Assembly: GCA_965206645.1 (NCBI GenBank) | Contig: CBDBKE010000003.1 | Coordinates: 800,001-864,000 of the forward strand | Reading direction: 5' to 3' | Length of the DNA: 64,000 nucleotides | Source: Terriglobia bacterium | GTDB lineage: Bacteria > Acidobacteriota > Terriglobia > JAJPHL01 > JAPKYU01 | Part shown: positions 38,474 to 48,591 of the stretch, one piece after another | How the letters are laid out: every line of letters starts with the position of its first letter | Numbering within the stretch: the stretch's first letter is position 1 | Position numbers and translations under genes: made by a program | The notes under the pieces: model-generated | The model's input: only the letters and a program-made list of their open reading frames with translations | What the model was told of the DNA's origin: nothing | The model's database searches: none

Positions 38474-40129
38474 ATGGGTTTCGGACTTGGAGGAGCTGGA
38501 AGCGGAGGGCGGAATTCGCCTTCAAAGAAGACAAGGCGGACCAGCCGCCCGGCGTGCTTGTTCCTGTTTGCGGCAGTGGCGCTAGCGCCGCTACCCACGA
38601 TTGTGGCAGCAACTGCGTCCCCACCGCCGGCTCAGCCGGAGGCCGCGCTGCTGGAGCGCCTCAAACAGTTTAGTCAGGTGGGGAGGCAAGCGGGCGAGGC
38701 GGTCTGGCCAGGGTGGGATCCTACGGCGACTTCGCTGGCCATCTTCAAGAAGAATGAGCTAGGCCTGCTAGTAGGGCATCCCTCGCCGCCGTCTCACTTC
38801 CGCCGGCTGGACGCCCCGATGGTGTCGGCTCCGGTATTTGTCGCCGATTCCACGGCAGGGATGGTGCTGGTCAACACCACCCGGCCCTTCGCCGGCGCGC
38901 TGACTACGTTCGTCTCCTACCAGGATTTTGCGGGCAAGCCCGCGGTGGAAGCCCTGGCTACTACCCTCCACGAGCTATTCCACGCGCACCAGCAGCGCAT
39001 TGTGCCGGGTAAGCTCGGCGACATCCGGGTGGTGCTCTTAGGCGAGTACCCGGAATTTTCCGCGCAAAACCGCGCGTTGATGGCGCTGGAAGCCCAGTTG
39101 CTCCACGAGGCGGCCACTGCCGCCAACCCACAGGAGGCACGACGCAGCGCGGCTGGCTTCCTGGGCATGAGGGCTGCGCGGCGCAAGAAACTGACTCCGG
39201 AGGTGGCGCGTTACGAAAGCGGGGAAGAATCCAGCGAAGGGCTGGCCGTCTACATCCAGTTGCGCCTGTTCCAATTTCTGCCCCGGTTGGTCGCGGCCGC
39301 CGCGGCCGGTGCCAGCCAGGTATCCGAATCCCCGCTGCCAGCCGCCCTGGATGAGGCCGCGAGCAAGCAGGCCCTTCAGGTTGCCGAGAAATGGCTAGAG
39401 CCGTTGCTTCACATTCACCGGGTGGGGGGCGACCGAGAACGCTTTTACGCCTTGGGTATGGCGCAGGCCCTACTGCTGGATCGCTTCCGGCCCGGCTGGA
39501 AGAAAGAATTCGAGACTGGTCCGCAGCTTCTGGACCAACTGCTGGCCGCCTCGGTCCCCTCGGCCTCGCCCGCAGAGACCGCGCGCTTGATGAAGCGCTT
39601 GCGTTTCCGGAGAGTGTTGAAGGAGCAGGAGCAGGCGGTGGCCCGGCGGCGCGAGCAGGGCACGCAACGCCTGGCGACGCTGATGGCCGAGGCGGGCGAC
39701 CGCGTGGTGGTGGAGGTCGGCGCCGCCAAAGAGCAGGTCAACCTGCGTGGTTTCAATGCCAATGGCACGGTAGTGGTGGGACCTGGGCTGGTGGTGCACA
39801 CCTTGCTCCTGCTGGACCTCGGCGCGGAACCGGGGCTTTGGATGCGCCTGGAGTTCCGCGGGCTGCCAGCCGTTTACGAGCAAGAGCACGAAGTGCTGTG
39901 GTTCGTGCTGCCACGGGAGGCGATTACCAAGGCCTTGGAGAGCTACACCCGCGACGTCGGCACGGGACCTGCTCGTTTGGTCTTACGGACGAAACGCTTC
40001 TTCGGTGAATTCACGGGGGTGGAGGTGAAACGGCGAGGCCGCGAGCTGCGCATCCATCCCGCCGAAGATCTGCTCCGTGCTCCGGCGCTGAAGTCTCCCG
40101 AATTCGTACGCCCGAAAAAGAAGCCCTGA
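38474..40129 (+). CDS. Secreted gluzincin-like zinc metallopeptidase of unknown family
   Basis: Signal-like segment, HELFH (HExxH) and a downstream EGLAVY third-ligand motif. Confidence 0.68.
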   Translation: MGFGLGGAGSGGRNSPSKKTRRTSRPACLFLFAAVALAPLPTIVAATASPPPAQPEAALLERLKQFSQVGRQAGEAVWPGWDPTATSLAIFKKNELGLLVGHPSPPSHFRRLDAPMVSAPVFVADSTAGMVLVNTTRPFAGALTTFVSYQDFAGKPAVEALATTLHELFHAHQQRIVPGKLGDIRVVLLGEYPEFSAQNRALMALEAQLLHEAATAANPQEARRSAAGFLGMRAARRKKLTPEVARYESGEESSEGLAVYIQLRLFQFLPRLVAAAAAGASQVSESPLPAALDEAASKQALQVAEKWLEPLLHIHRVGGDRERFYALGMAQALLLDRFRPGWKKEFETGPQLLDQLLAASVPSASPAETARLMKRLRFRRVLKEQEQAVARRREQGTQRLATLMAEAGDRVVVEVGAAKEQVNLRGFNANGTVVVGPGLVVHTLLLLDLGAEPGLWMRLEFRGLPAVYEQEHEVLWFVLPREAITKALESYTRDVGTGPARLVLRTKRFFGEFTGVEVKRRGRELRIHPAEDLLRAPALKSPEFVRPKKKP

Positions 40130-40234
40130 CACTCAGGACAGACCCGGCTGTCAGCAGCGCTTTCCGCTGGTTGTCGCCTTGTCGGAGTCCTAAAATGCAG
40201 TGGGGCGGGAATCCCCGGCGCCCGGCGAAGCTTC

Positions 40235-40672
40235 CTACTGTTCTGGAGAGGGCAGGGAGATGTAGGCACGCATCAGGCGTACTTCGTCGCCCTTCTGTTG
40301 CAAGTCTGCCAGCAACAGGTCGCGCATCGTCACCAGACCGAGCAGGCGGCCGGCCAGGAAGACGGGAAGGTGGCGGATGCCTGCTTGGCGCATTCGCTCC
40401 AGGCAGGCGCTGGGCGCGTCGTCGGCATCGGCCACCAGTGGATCGCGCGTGATGACCTCGGCTAGGGGGGTCTGGCGAGGGTCGCGGGCCGCTACCACCA
40501 CCCGCTTCATCAGATCGCGCTCGGAGAAGATGCCTACCAACCGCTCTTGTTCCAGCACCGAGACAGCCCCTACCTTGCGCTCGGCCATGTACACCACCGC
40601 CTCGGCCACCGTGGCTCGGAGCGGTACTGAGTAGACGGGCCGGTTTTCCACCAATTCGCCGACGCGCTTCAT
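40235..40672 (-). CDS. CBS-domain protein
   Basis: VGAVSV...GIFSERD...IRHLPV...GLVTMRD. Confidence 0.88.
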   Translation of the reverse strand: MKRVGELVENRPVYSVPLRATVAEAVVYMAERKVGAVSVLEQERLVGIFSERDLMKRVVVAARDPRQTPLAEVITRDPLVADADDAPSACLERMRQAGIRHLPVFLAGRLLGLVTMRDLLLADLQQKGDEVRLMRAYISLPSPEQ

Positions 40673-41310
40673 ATGGATGGGGGCGCCGAAGCCGGACCTT
40701 CGCGGTCGTGGCTCGGATGATCCTGTTGCTCACCGCCGCGGCGTCCTCCCAGAACCGAAGCCAGCCAGAGCACCAGCGCGACTTTCAGCACTTCCCCTGG
40801 GAGGAAGGGCCACACCGCAGCCAGCAGCAACGCGCTTCGCGGCTGCGGCAGCACCGTTCCCAGCCATGCGGTGCCGAACAGGAAGATAACGGCTTCTCCG
40901 CACAGCAGAGCCAGCAGCAACCGTGCTTTGCCCGGCACACCACCCTCCGGTGTTCCTGTCCGGCGCGTTGTCAGATAGCCCACCACGAACGCCGCAAAGG
41001 GATAGCTGAGCAGGTAGCCCCCGGTGGGACCCAGTAGCGGGGCCAGGCCCCAGGAACCAAGAGCAAACACCGGCAGTCCGGCCAGCCCCTGCCCCAGATA
41101 GAGCACCATGGCGGCGGCGGCCCGTGGACCGCCCAAGACCACTCCCGCCAGCAGCACGCCGAGCGTCTGCCCGGTCACCGGAACGGGCGTAAAGGGAAGC
41201 GGCACCGAGACCTGCGCCAGCAACCCCATCAAGATGCTGAATCCGAATACCAACGCCGCGCTCTCAGCGCGGGATTGCTGCCGGCTTTGAGCCAGCGAAA
41301 GCAGTTTCAC
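40669..41310 (-). CDS. bioY: Biotin transporter BioY
   Basis: PFTPVPVTGQTL, GLPVFA, GPTGGYL, PFLPGE. Confidence 0.92.
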   Translation of the reverse strand: MKLLSLAQSRQQSRAESAALVFGFSILMGLLAQVSVPLPFTPVPVTGQTLGVLLAGVVLGGPRAAAAMVLYLGQGLAGLPVFALGSWGLAPLLGPTGGYLLSYPFAAFVVGYLTTRRTGTPEGGVPGKARLLLALLCGEAVIFLFGTAWLGTVLPQPRSALLLAAVWPFLPGEVLKVALVLWLASVLGGRRGGEQQDHPSHDREGPASAPPSI

Positions 41311-41449
41311 TGCTGCGCTCCCTAATGCGCGAATTGCACAACTAAACCAGCCAAGGATACCACAGGGGTGTCAGCCCGCTGGTAGTTTGGCGCTCGTACA
41401 GTGAAGTCGCCCTCAACGTGGCACCTACAGGTTCTACGGCAGGTTCTAG

Positions 41450-41477
41450 TTGACAGACCACTTCCTCGGGTTCTAAT
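41450..41477 (+). promoter_or_regulatory. Candidate sigma70 promoter
   Basis: TTGACA-N16-TCTAAT about 70 bp upstream of ATG 41550. Confidence 0.4.
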
Positions 41478-41549
41478 GCCTGAGGGCCCCAGGCGGCCTT
41501 TTTCGCCTGCAGGGATCGAGCGCTTTTGTGTTCCCTGAAGGGGGATGCC

Positions 41550-44065
41550 ATGAAAAAACTTCTTATTATCGCAGCGTTGGCGACTTTGTTTTCAGTGGAT
41601 GCCGGGGCCACCCTACTCCCCACTCTAAACGAGCAGGTGATAACCACGTTGAAGTTTAACAACATTCCGGCTGGGCAGAGTCCCACTGGGCAGCCCCCCT
41701 CCTGCAAGCTGGTTAAGTGCGATGAGACGATAAGGGTTTACTATGAATTTGTGGGGAGTACTGTGCCGGAACCCTTTAGCGTCATTATCCCCTCTCCCCC
41801 CCCTCTTCCCCCCAGTGGTTGAGTGCGATGCCGTCTAGTGCAACCACACCCGCGGACATACAGCTTGTGGTTGACACAGCGGGACTAGCCGAGGGGTTCA
41901 GCCAGACAGTCACAATTCAATTCAGTGGACAGTTCGGCTCAGGCTCGCTCATGGTTATGCTGACCGTGGGTCCGGCGCTCGAGTTCCAAGCGGGTACTTC
42001 CAGCAGCTCCATCACTGTGACCTTGGCGCCCGGACAGAAAACGGAGACTACCTTCGAAGTAAGGTCCGGTGCTAATGCAGCCCAGCAGGGCGCGAGCGGC
42101 AAGGGTGTACCTTCCTTTGCCGTTGGCGAGGTGAACTGGACCGCGGTTGTGACGCTACTGAGTGAGCCTGGGACCGATTGGTTTACCATCAGTCCTACCT
42201 CTGGTACAGCCACCCCGGATAACCCCTCGCTGGTTACGGCCACGGTGGATGCCACGAAACTGCCGGGGCCGGGCACGTATCAGGCCGAGATTGCGGTCAC
42301 CAGCAACCCGACGGTGATCGTTCCGGTGACGGTCGTTGTCCGGCCAGCTGGCCCCAGGTTGTCGGTGAGCCAGACCGCAATCCTGTTTCAAAGCGTAAGT
42401 AGCGGACCTTTTACGATATCGGAGACGGTGACGATTACCAATGAAGGAGACGGAACGCTGAACTGGTCGCTTTCCGGGCTGCCTTCCTGGCTGACGGCTG
42501 AGCCTGACTCTGGGAGCGTTGTCAGTGGGCCCGCGGGTGAAGACGTCGTGCTGACGGCTGATCCATCGAGCTTCGGTTCCGGCATCAACAGCGCGCTGCT
42601 GACGGTATCGGCTCCAGAGGCCAGCAACAACCCGCAAGTAGTGGCGGCCGTGCTGCTGACGGTGCCGGGCGCTACTCCTGCAACGGCCGAGGTCAGCCCG
42701 AACGCGCTAGTATTTGTGGCCGTGCAGGGCCAGGGGGTGCCGCCCAGTCAAACCGTTGCGGTCAGCAACGTCGGTGGCGGGACGCTCTCCTTTAACTTCA
42801 ACGCTACGATCACTTCCCCTTCGGGTGGCAGTTGGCTGACTCTGGCTGGGCAGGGGGGAGTCGCTCCGGGACAATTCACTGTCTTGGTGAACCCTTCCGG
42901 CCTGCCCCTCGGCATATATCGCGCAACACTGACAGGTACCTTCACTGGCGGAGGGCAACGGGTGGTGGAGGTGGTGTTGTTTGTGGTGCAAGCGGGGAGT
43001 GCGTTGCGGGCGCAGGCGCTGGGTCTGCCCGGCGCGGCCCAGTGCGCTCCGACAGGGCTGGAGTTGCTGGCCACAACCATCGGAAGTGGCCTGAGCCTGC
43101 CGGTTTCCTTTCCCCGGGTGCTCACCGCGCTGGTGGTGGACGACTGCGGTACCGCCGTCAACAACGCCACACTGGTAGCCAGCGTGGAAGGTTTGAACAT
43201 CCCGCTGCGCACGCTGGGCACCGGTTTTTACAGCGGCACGTGGACGCCGGTGAGCGCGGCGGACGAGGTGACGGTCACCTTTGCGGCGCTGCATCCCACC
43301 CTTCCCAAGGCGCAGCGCTCCTTTACGGTGGAGACGGCGGCCGCGCCGGGGGATGTGAGTTTGCCGCTGTTGTTTGCCGACGGAGTGGTGGAAGGGGCCG
43401 GTTTCACGAAGCGGCGTCCGCTGTCTCCCGGCGGTATCATTTCCCTGTTCGGTGCGAGCTTTGCTACCGAGAACAATTTTGCCAGCCAGCTTCCGCTGGA
43501 GCGGGAGCTGGCCAAGGTCAGAGTGCGCATTGGCGGCCAGGATGCGCCGCTTTATTTCGTCGGCCCGGGGCAGATTAACGCGCAAGTGCCGTATGAGGTG
43601 AGCACGGGCGACAGCGTTCCGGTCGCGACCAGTGTAGATGGCTTACTGACCGCACCGCAGAACTACCTGATTGCTGCTGGGCAGCCAGGCATTTTCATTT
43701 CCGGCGAAAACGCCGCCATCCTGAACGCCTCGTTCCAGCTGGTGACGCCGCAGAACCCAGTCCGCGCCGGAGACACCATCCAGATTTTCGCCACCGGCTT
43801 AGGTGCCGTGCAGGAGCAGGTGGAAACGGGAGCCCCCGCCCCTTCGTTCAGCACGGTGAAACTGCCGGTAACCGTGATGATCGGGGGAATTGACGCTGCG
43901 GTAGTCTTCCAGGGGCTGGCGCCGAACTTTGTGGGGCTCTACCAGGTGAACGCGGTGGTGCCCGCCGGCGTTGCGCCGGGCAACGCGGTCCCGCTGGTGC
44001 TCACGCAGAACGGGATTGTCGCCAACCCGGATCGGTCCGTGACCATCCCCGTCCAGGCGCCCTGA
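41550..44065 (+). pseudogene. Secreted BACON-repeat protein with a TIGR03437-type C-terminal domain, frameshifted in a poly-C tract at 41789-41813
   Basis: ORF 41550..41822 has the signal peptide MKKLLIIAAL; the -1 frame continues QWLSAMPSSATTPA (BACON-like) to ...FVGLYQVN. Confidence 0.82.
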
Positions 44066-44133
44066 GGCCGTCGGCCCCGGGTGCGAAGACCCTATGCCGG
44101 GCCGCTTTGCTCAGATACGAACTTTAACCAGGG

Positions 44134-44742
44134 TCAGATACGAATTTTGACCAGCGGTATCCCGTCCCGGCACAGCGGGCAGGATTCCGCACTTTCCCAA
44201 TACGTGAGCTGCAGGCGAGCCAACGAGTAGATCGGCAACGGGCCAAAATCCACTGTGTCCAGCGTCGGCTGGTGCACGATTACAGCCATCGCCAGCACTC
44301 GCGCCCTGTGCGCAAGTAGCAGGTTACGCAATTTGCTGAGCATCTTGCCCGAACGCAGGATGTCATCCACCACAATGCATTGCTCGTTCTTGTGGGTCTC
44401 CATGAATTGGCGGAACTCCATCCGGTCCTCGACCTTTTCCGCCCAGTAGATCTGGCTGGCGCGCAGCGCCTCGCCCAGGCCGTAGGCCACCGGGATCCCG
44501 CCAGTGGCTGATGAGACGATGCTGACCTGCGGCAGGTGGCGCGCGATTTCCGGGTCGCTGCGCAGCAGCCGGCTGAGCGCTACGCTGAGCGTCTTGGCTT
44601 CCTGGTAGTAGCGCATGGCGAGCGGCATCTGCAGATAGTGGTCGGTGTGCCGCCCGGAAGTCAGTTCAAAGTGGCCTTCCCGCATGGCGCCGGTCCGCCG
44701 CAAAATGTCCAGCACCTCCTGCTGGCTCGGAATAAGTTCCAC
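44134..44742 (-). CDS. pyrE: Orotate phosphoribosyltransferase-like protein
   Basis: GAMREGHFELTSGRHTDHY, ATGGI and a divergent PRPP loop VVDDILRSG; TGCTATACA immediately before the GTG suggests a leaderless mRNA. Confidence 0.72.
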   Translation of the reverse strand: MELIPSQQEVLDILRRTGAMREGHFELTSGRHTDHYLQMPLAMRYYQEAKTLSVALSRLLRSDPEIARHLPQVSIVSSATGGIPVAYGLGEALRASQIYWAEKVEDRMEFRQFMETHKNEQCIVVDDILRSGKMLSKLRNLLLAHRARVLAMAVIVHQPTLDTVDFGPLPIYSLARLQLTYWESAESCPLCRDGIPLVKIRI

Positions 44743-45135
44743 GTCCGTTGTATAGCACAAAACTGCGGGCTTGGCCGATGTCGGCGGCACCGCTTGTAGT
44801 GCTCAAGCCGGGGTCGTGAGCTGCTGTTCAGGTCGCCTAGTGGGGTCGCTGGATGAAGCTGGGCATTCTGCTGCCATCCCCTCAGCTTCATCGCTTGCGT
44901 GGCCCACTGCATAGAGGACAGAATGTTTTCTTGCCGACACTTCCGTTCCATGGGGCCGCGGTTTGGATGGCCTCTGGGTGGGCCTCGGCCATAGCTTTCT
45001 GCTTTTCCCTTGGTCTACCTTGTCCTATAATCTCGCCAGCTTCCCTGGGAGCTCTCTCGCGCTCCATCCAACACTAAGCGGGCACTAAGCGGGAGGTTCG
45101 GCGGTGGGTGGTATGGTCGGCGAAGGAGCCGGGTC

Positions 45136-48100
45136 ATGAAGCAATCACAGAAGCTTGCTGCCCCTTTGGGCTTTTGTCTGACGGCGAGCTTCTGCATGGC
45201 CACGGTGGCGGTAGCGCAATCGGGGCTGGAAAAGGCGCGCGCCCATCAGCAGGCTGGCCAGACGGCGCAACTGAGAACGGCTGTCGCCGAAGTGCTTCGC
45301 CAGCGTGCGCAAGACCCGGCAGTTCTGTTGGCCGCCGCCGAATTGCTGGATTTATCCGGGTCGGACGACCGCGCCCAAGCCTATCGCCGCGTGCTGGAGG
45401 CGGCGCCGTCTCCGGAAAGCCTGGAGGCGAAGGCTGCCCGACGCCGATTGATTCTGCTGCATCTGCAGGCAGGCAAGTATCCGCAAGCCCAGCGCGAATT
45501 AGAGGTCTACCACCGCGCCGGCGGATCGGACCTGCCGGGCTGGTCGGATGCGGTGGCGGCCCCGCGCCTCCCTGTGGGGTACATTGAGATCCCTGGCCCG
45601 CTGCTTCCCTTCCTGCGCATGGCGGCAATTCGCCCCCAAACTCCGCCCGAGGAGCTGCTGCCGGCATTGGCGCGCAACTTGGTCTCCATCGGCCACCAGT
45701 ATTCACACCTGTACATGAAGATCACGCCCACGGAGTATCTCAGGTTGCTGCTGGCCTATCTGGAACACGCGCGCGAGCTGCAGGCGCTGGCAGACAGCGA
45801 CGGGCTTTTAAGCTTGAACGAATGCCAACAGGCCGAACCGCTGCTGCAAATTCTGGGATACCGGCTGCGTGGAGCTGGCTGTGCCGCCGGGCCGAAGGCT
45901 GGCCTGGAGGTGGACGACCCGGTTCGCGCCTTCCTCACCTCCGACTCTGCTTTTCCCCTGGTGCAACTGGAAGAGGCCATCCAAGGCAAACGTCCTTTCG
46001 AGCATTCAGTACGCTCCACTCGGGTACCTGTACTGCTGGGACCCGAGGCGTGGGTGAAACCCGGCACGCCCTGGATTGACGCTCTCCTGGAAGACCGGCT
46101 GCTGGCCCGATTCTACGTCGCACTGTCGCGTCTTCCGGCGCCCACGCTGGAAGCGCTTCGACAGGATGCCACCATGGAACAGCTGAAGCCGCTCAGTCCG
46201 GTGTTGGATTTCTTCGGCAGGATGTTGCGGGTGCAAGGCGGGAGCGTGGTCGTGCCCGGGGGTGCCGCCGGCAATCAGGTCTGGAAAGGGCTGGCGGACG
46301 CCCGGCCTGACCGCCCGGGCGAGTTTCTGCGCAAGCTTCTGGAAAAGGACAACGGCTGGCTGGCCGCCTATTTCGATGCGCTGTCTCGCGTTGGCCCCGC
46401 CGCGCAGAACTACTTCACCGCCAGCAAACGGCTGGCGCGCTTCTACCGCGCCTTGCGGGGCAAGGACGCCATGCCCGGCCCGGCCCGGCCGGTCTTCCAG
46501 AACAACGCCCAATTACTGCTTCTGGTCACACGCCTGCGCCTGCGGGCCGATGGCCGCCCATATTTAGCCGGTGGAGTCGAAACGTGGAATGCCATCTTCC
46601 GCCTCCGCCTGGCCAAGCCCGGCAGGAAGGGAGGCCGCGCCCGCCTGCTAGGCGATCCGGATGACGTGGTTGAAGCCCTGTTCGGCCGCGTGCGCGAGGC
46701 CGATGAGAACGGCCCGCTCAATGTCTTCCTGTCGATCAACGAAATCGACCGGCTGCGCACCAAGCCGCTCGCCCCAGACACAGTCCTGCTGCTGATGACG
46801 CAATACCCGCGCTTCAGCCAGCATTACTTTTTGTTCGCCGAATGGCCCCACCTGTCGGATTCCACCATCGAGCGCTTCCTGGAAGTGCTGGAATCGCTGA
46901 CCCAGATCAGCGAGCCGCTGGTGCGCGCCGATGGCCTCGGCTCCCTGCAGGCAGTGGTGGCCTTATGGGAAATCCTGGCCCGGCAGGAGGAAATCCCGGA
47001 ATCGCAGCTGGAGCCGACGCTGCAGCGGCTGATTGAGCCCTTTGCCGATGCCAACAAGGCCGAGGAGGTGCTGGATGCCGCACTCCAAGCGGTACAGACG
47101 CTTCTCTCCTTCGCTCCGCCCGAACCCAGCTCCCTGCAGGAGAAGATGATTGGCTTGCTGGCCGCTCCCCCTGGCCTGGATGGAGGGGCGCGGCGGGCGC
47201 GCGACGAGGTGGCGGAGCGCATCCGGGCAGCCTTGGATGCCCAACGGCTAGTCCCGCTGGATACCCTGTTTACTCTGGCCGAGCAACTGGAGCGTGCGGC
47301 CACGACCCAGTCCCGTCCCGGCCCAGAGTTTTTCCAGTTGGTCTCGCGCCTCAAGGAACTGAATTTGCCCAACCCCTTTCCTACGGCTGTGGAAAGGAGG
47401 GCAGCCTTCTTCGGCTATTGGGCTGAGCGGCACATCAACGCCGAACGCGAAGCCGACTTGGCAGGGGTAGCCAAGCTCGAAAATCCCGAGAAGCTGGCTC
47501 GGGCCCTCGGCCTGCTGGCCCCGCATCTACGCGATACACTGGTCGGGCTGGTCTATGCTTATTACGCGCCACCGGGCGCGATGGTGCTTCACCACAACCC
47601 GTTGTTTGTCCGTTCTCACGATTTCCTGGGGGACTCGGGGAGGGGCACGGGAAACGAGGTCCGGGGCCCCGGTCACGTCTACAGCCTGGGCTGGCCTTGG
47701 AGCGGCGGCGGTCGCCTCATCGGCTCGCTTTCCGGCGTGGCCTATGCGTTGGCAGATGCCGAAAAGGATTTCCTGGTACCGCAGCAAACCCAGTCGCTGA
47801 TCTGGGGAGACCTGGCTCCGCAGATGCTGCTTTCCTCAGTCGTGCCGCGTTGGTGGCGTGTCTCGGCTCGCACTCAGCACTGGGTGGCACTGCACCTCCG
47901 CCTGGGCCAGGACCTTCTGGCCGAGGCGGCCGCTTCCGCTGAGGCCCGGCAAATGGTGCTGAATGCTTTGTCGCCCATGGAGGCGCAGCGGCGGGAGCGC
48001 ATCGAAGCCGAACTGGCGCGGGGCCGCGCCGCCCATGCCCTGCGCCTGGTGAACCCCGCCGAACTCTACCAGCTCTCCCGGAATCTGCTTGCAGCGGCCA

Positions 48101-48555
48101 GCTCCGCAGCCGGTGCGGAGCTGGCGCGGCGGGTGGGACCGGCGGCCGCCGCCTTAGAGCAGATGTCCCGGCAGTTTCCCCAGGAGGCTTCAGAGGCAGC
48201 CGCCAGCTCTGCCTTCGGCGTGCCGCATCCCAAAATCGCCCGTTCCTACCGGCCGGAGCTTTTGCATCTCCCTCTCTTTCCCGCTCTGATGGGCTACTCC
48301 AGCCGGTTGCTTGCTGAATCCTGGGAATCCAGCAATCTGTATTGGGCGCAACTGGCCGACGAGCTGGGTTTGCCTCCGGCCGAGCTGAATCGGATTGTGC
48401 CGCAACTGACCCGGCGAATGCTGGAAGGCATTTTTGCTAATCACCTGGAAGACTGGCCGGCAATGTTGACCGCCATGCGCGCGACCGGTGAGGAGTTTCG
48501 GCGCAAGGCTCTAGCCGAAGCGGCCTCGCCCGCGCTGGCCGCTGCCGGGCCATGA
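45136..48555 (+). CDS. Large secreted alpha-helical/TPR-like hypothetical protein
   Basis: Signal peptide, TPR-like N-terminus, 1139-aa ORF; TATAAT at 45026-45031 upstream. Confidence 0.8.
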   Translation: MKQSQKLAAPLGFCLTASFCMATVAVAQSGLEKARAHQQAGQTAQLRTAVAEVLRQRAQDPAVLLAAAELLDLSGSDDRAQAYRRVLEAAPSPESLEAKAARRRLILLHLQAGKYPQAQRELEVYHRAGGSDLPGWSDAVAAPRLPVGYIEIPGPLLPFLRMAAIRPQTPPEELLPALARNLVSIGHQYSHLYMKITPTEYLRLLLAYLEHARELQALADSDGLLSLNECQQAEPLLQILGYRLRGAGCAAGPKAGLEVDDPVRAFLTSDSAFPLVQLEEAIQGKRPFEHSVRSTRVPVLLGPEAWVKPGTPWIDALLEDRLLARFYVALSRLPAPTLEALRQDATMEQLKPLSPVLDFFGRMLRVQGGSVVVPGGAAGNQVWKGLADARPDRPGEFLRKLLEKDNGWLAAYFDALSRVGPAAQNYFTASKRLARFYRALRGKDAMPGPARPVFQNNAQLLLLVTRLRLRADGRPYLAGGVETWNAIFRLRLAKPGRKGGRARLLGDPDDVVEALFGRVREADENGPLNVFLSINEIDRLRTKPLAPDTVLLLMTQYPRFSQHYFLFAEWPHLSDSTIERFLEVLESLTQISEPLVRADGLGSLQAVVALWEILARQEEIPESQLEPTLQRLIEPFADANKAEEVLDAALQAVQTLLSFAPPEPSSLQEKMIGLLAAPPGLDGGARRARDEVAERIRAALDAQRLVPLDTLFTLAEQLERAATTQSRPGPEFFQLVSRLKELNLPNPFPTAVERRAAFFGYWAERHINAEREADLAGVAKLENPEKLARALGLLAPHLRDTLVGLVYAYYAPPGAMVLHHNPLFVRSHDFLGDSGRGTGNEVRGPGHVYSLGWPWSGGGRLIGSLSGVAYALADAEKDFLVPQQTQSLIWGDLAPQMLLSSVVPRWWRVSARTQHWVALHLRLGQDLLAEAAASAEARQMVLNALSPMEAQRRERIEAELARGRAAHALRLVNPAELYQLSRNLLAAASSAAGAELARRVGPAAAALEQMSRQFPQEASEAAASSAFGVPHPKIARSYRPELLHLPLFPALMGYSSRLLAESWESSNLYWAQLADELGLPPAELNRIVPQLTRRMLEGIFANHLEDWPAMLTAMRATGEEFRRKALAEAASPALAAAGP

Positions 48556-48591
48556 GAGCGCTATCAAGGTGTAGCATGATCAAGATGTAAC

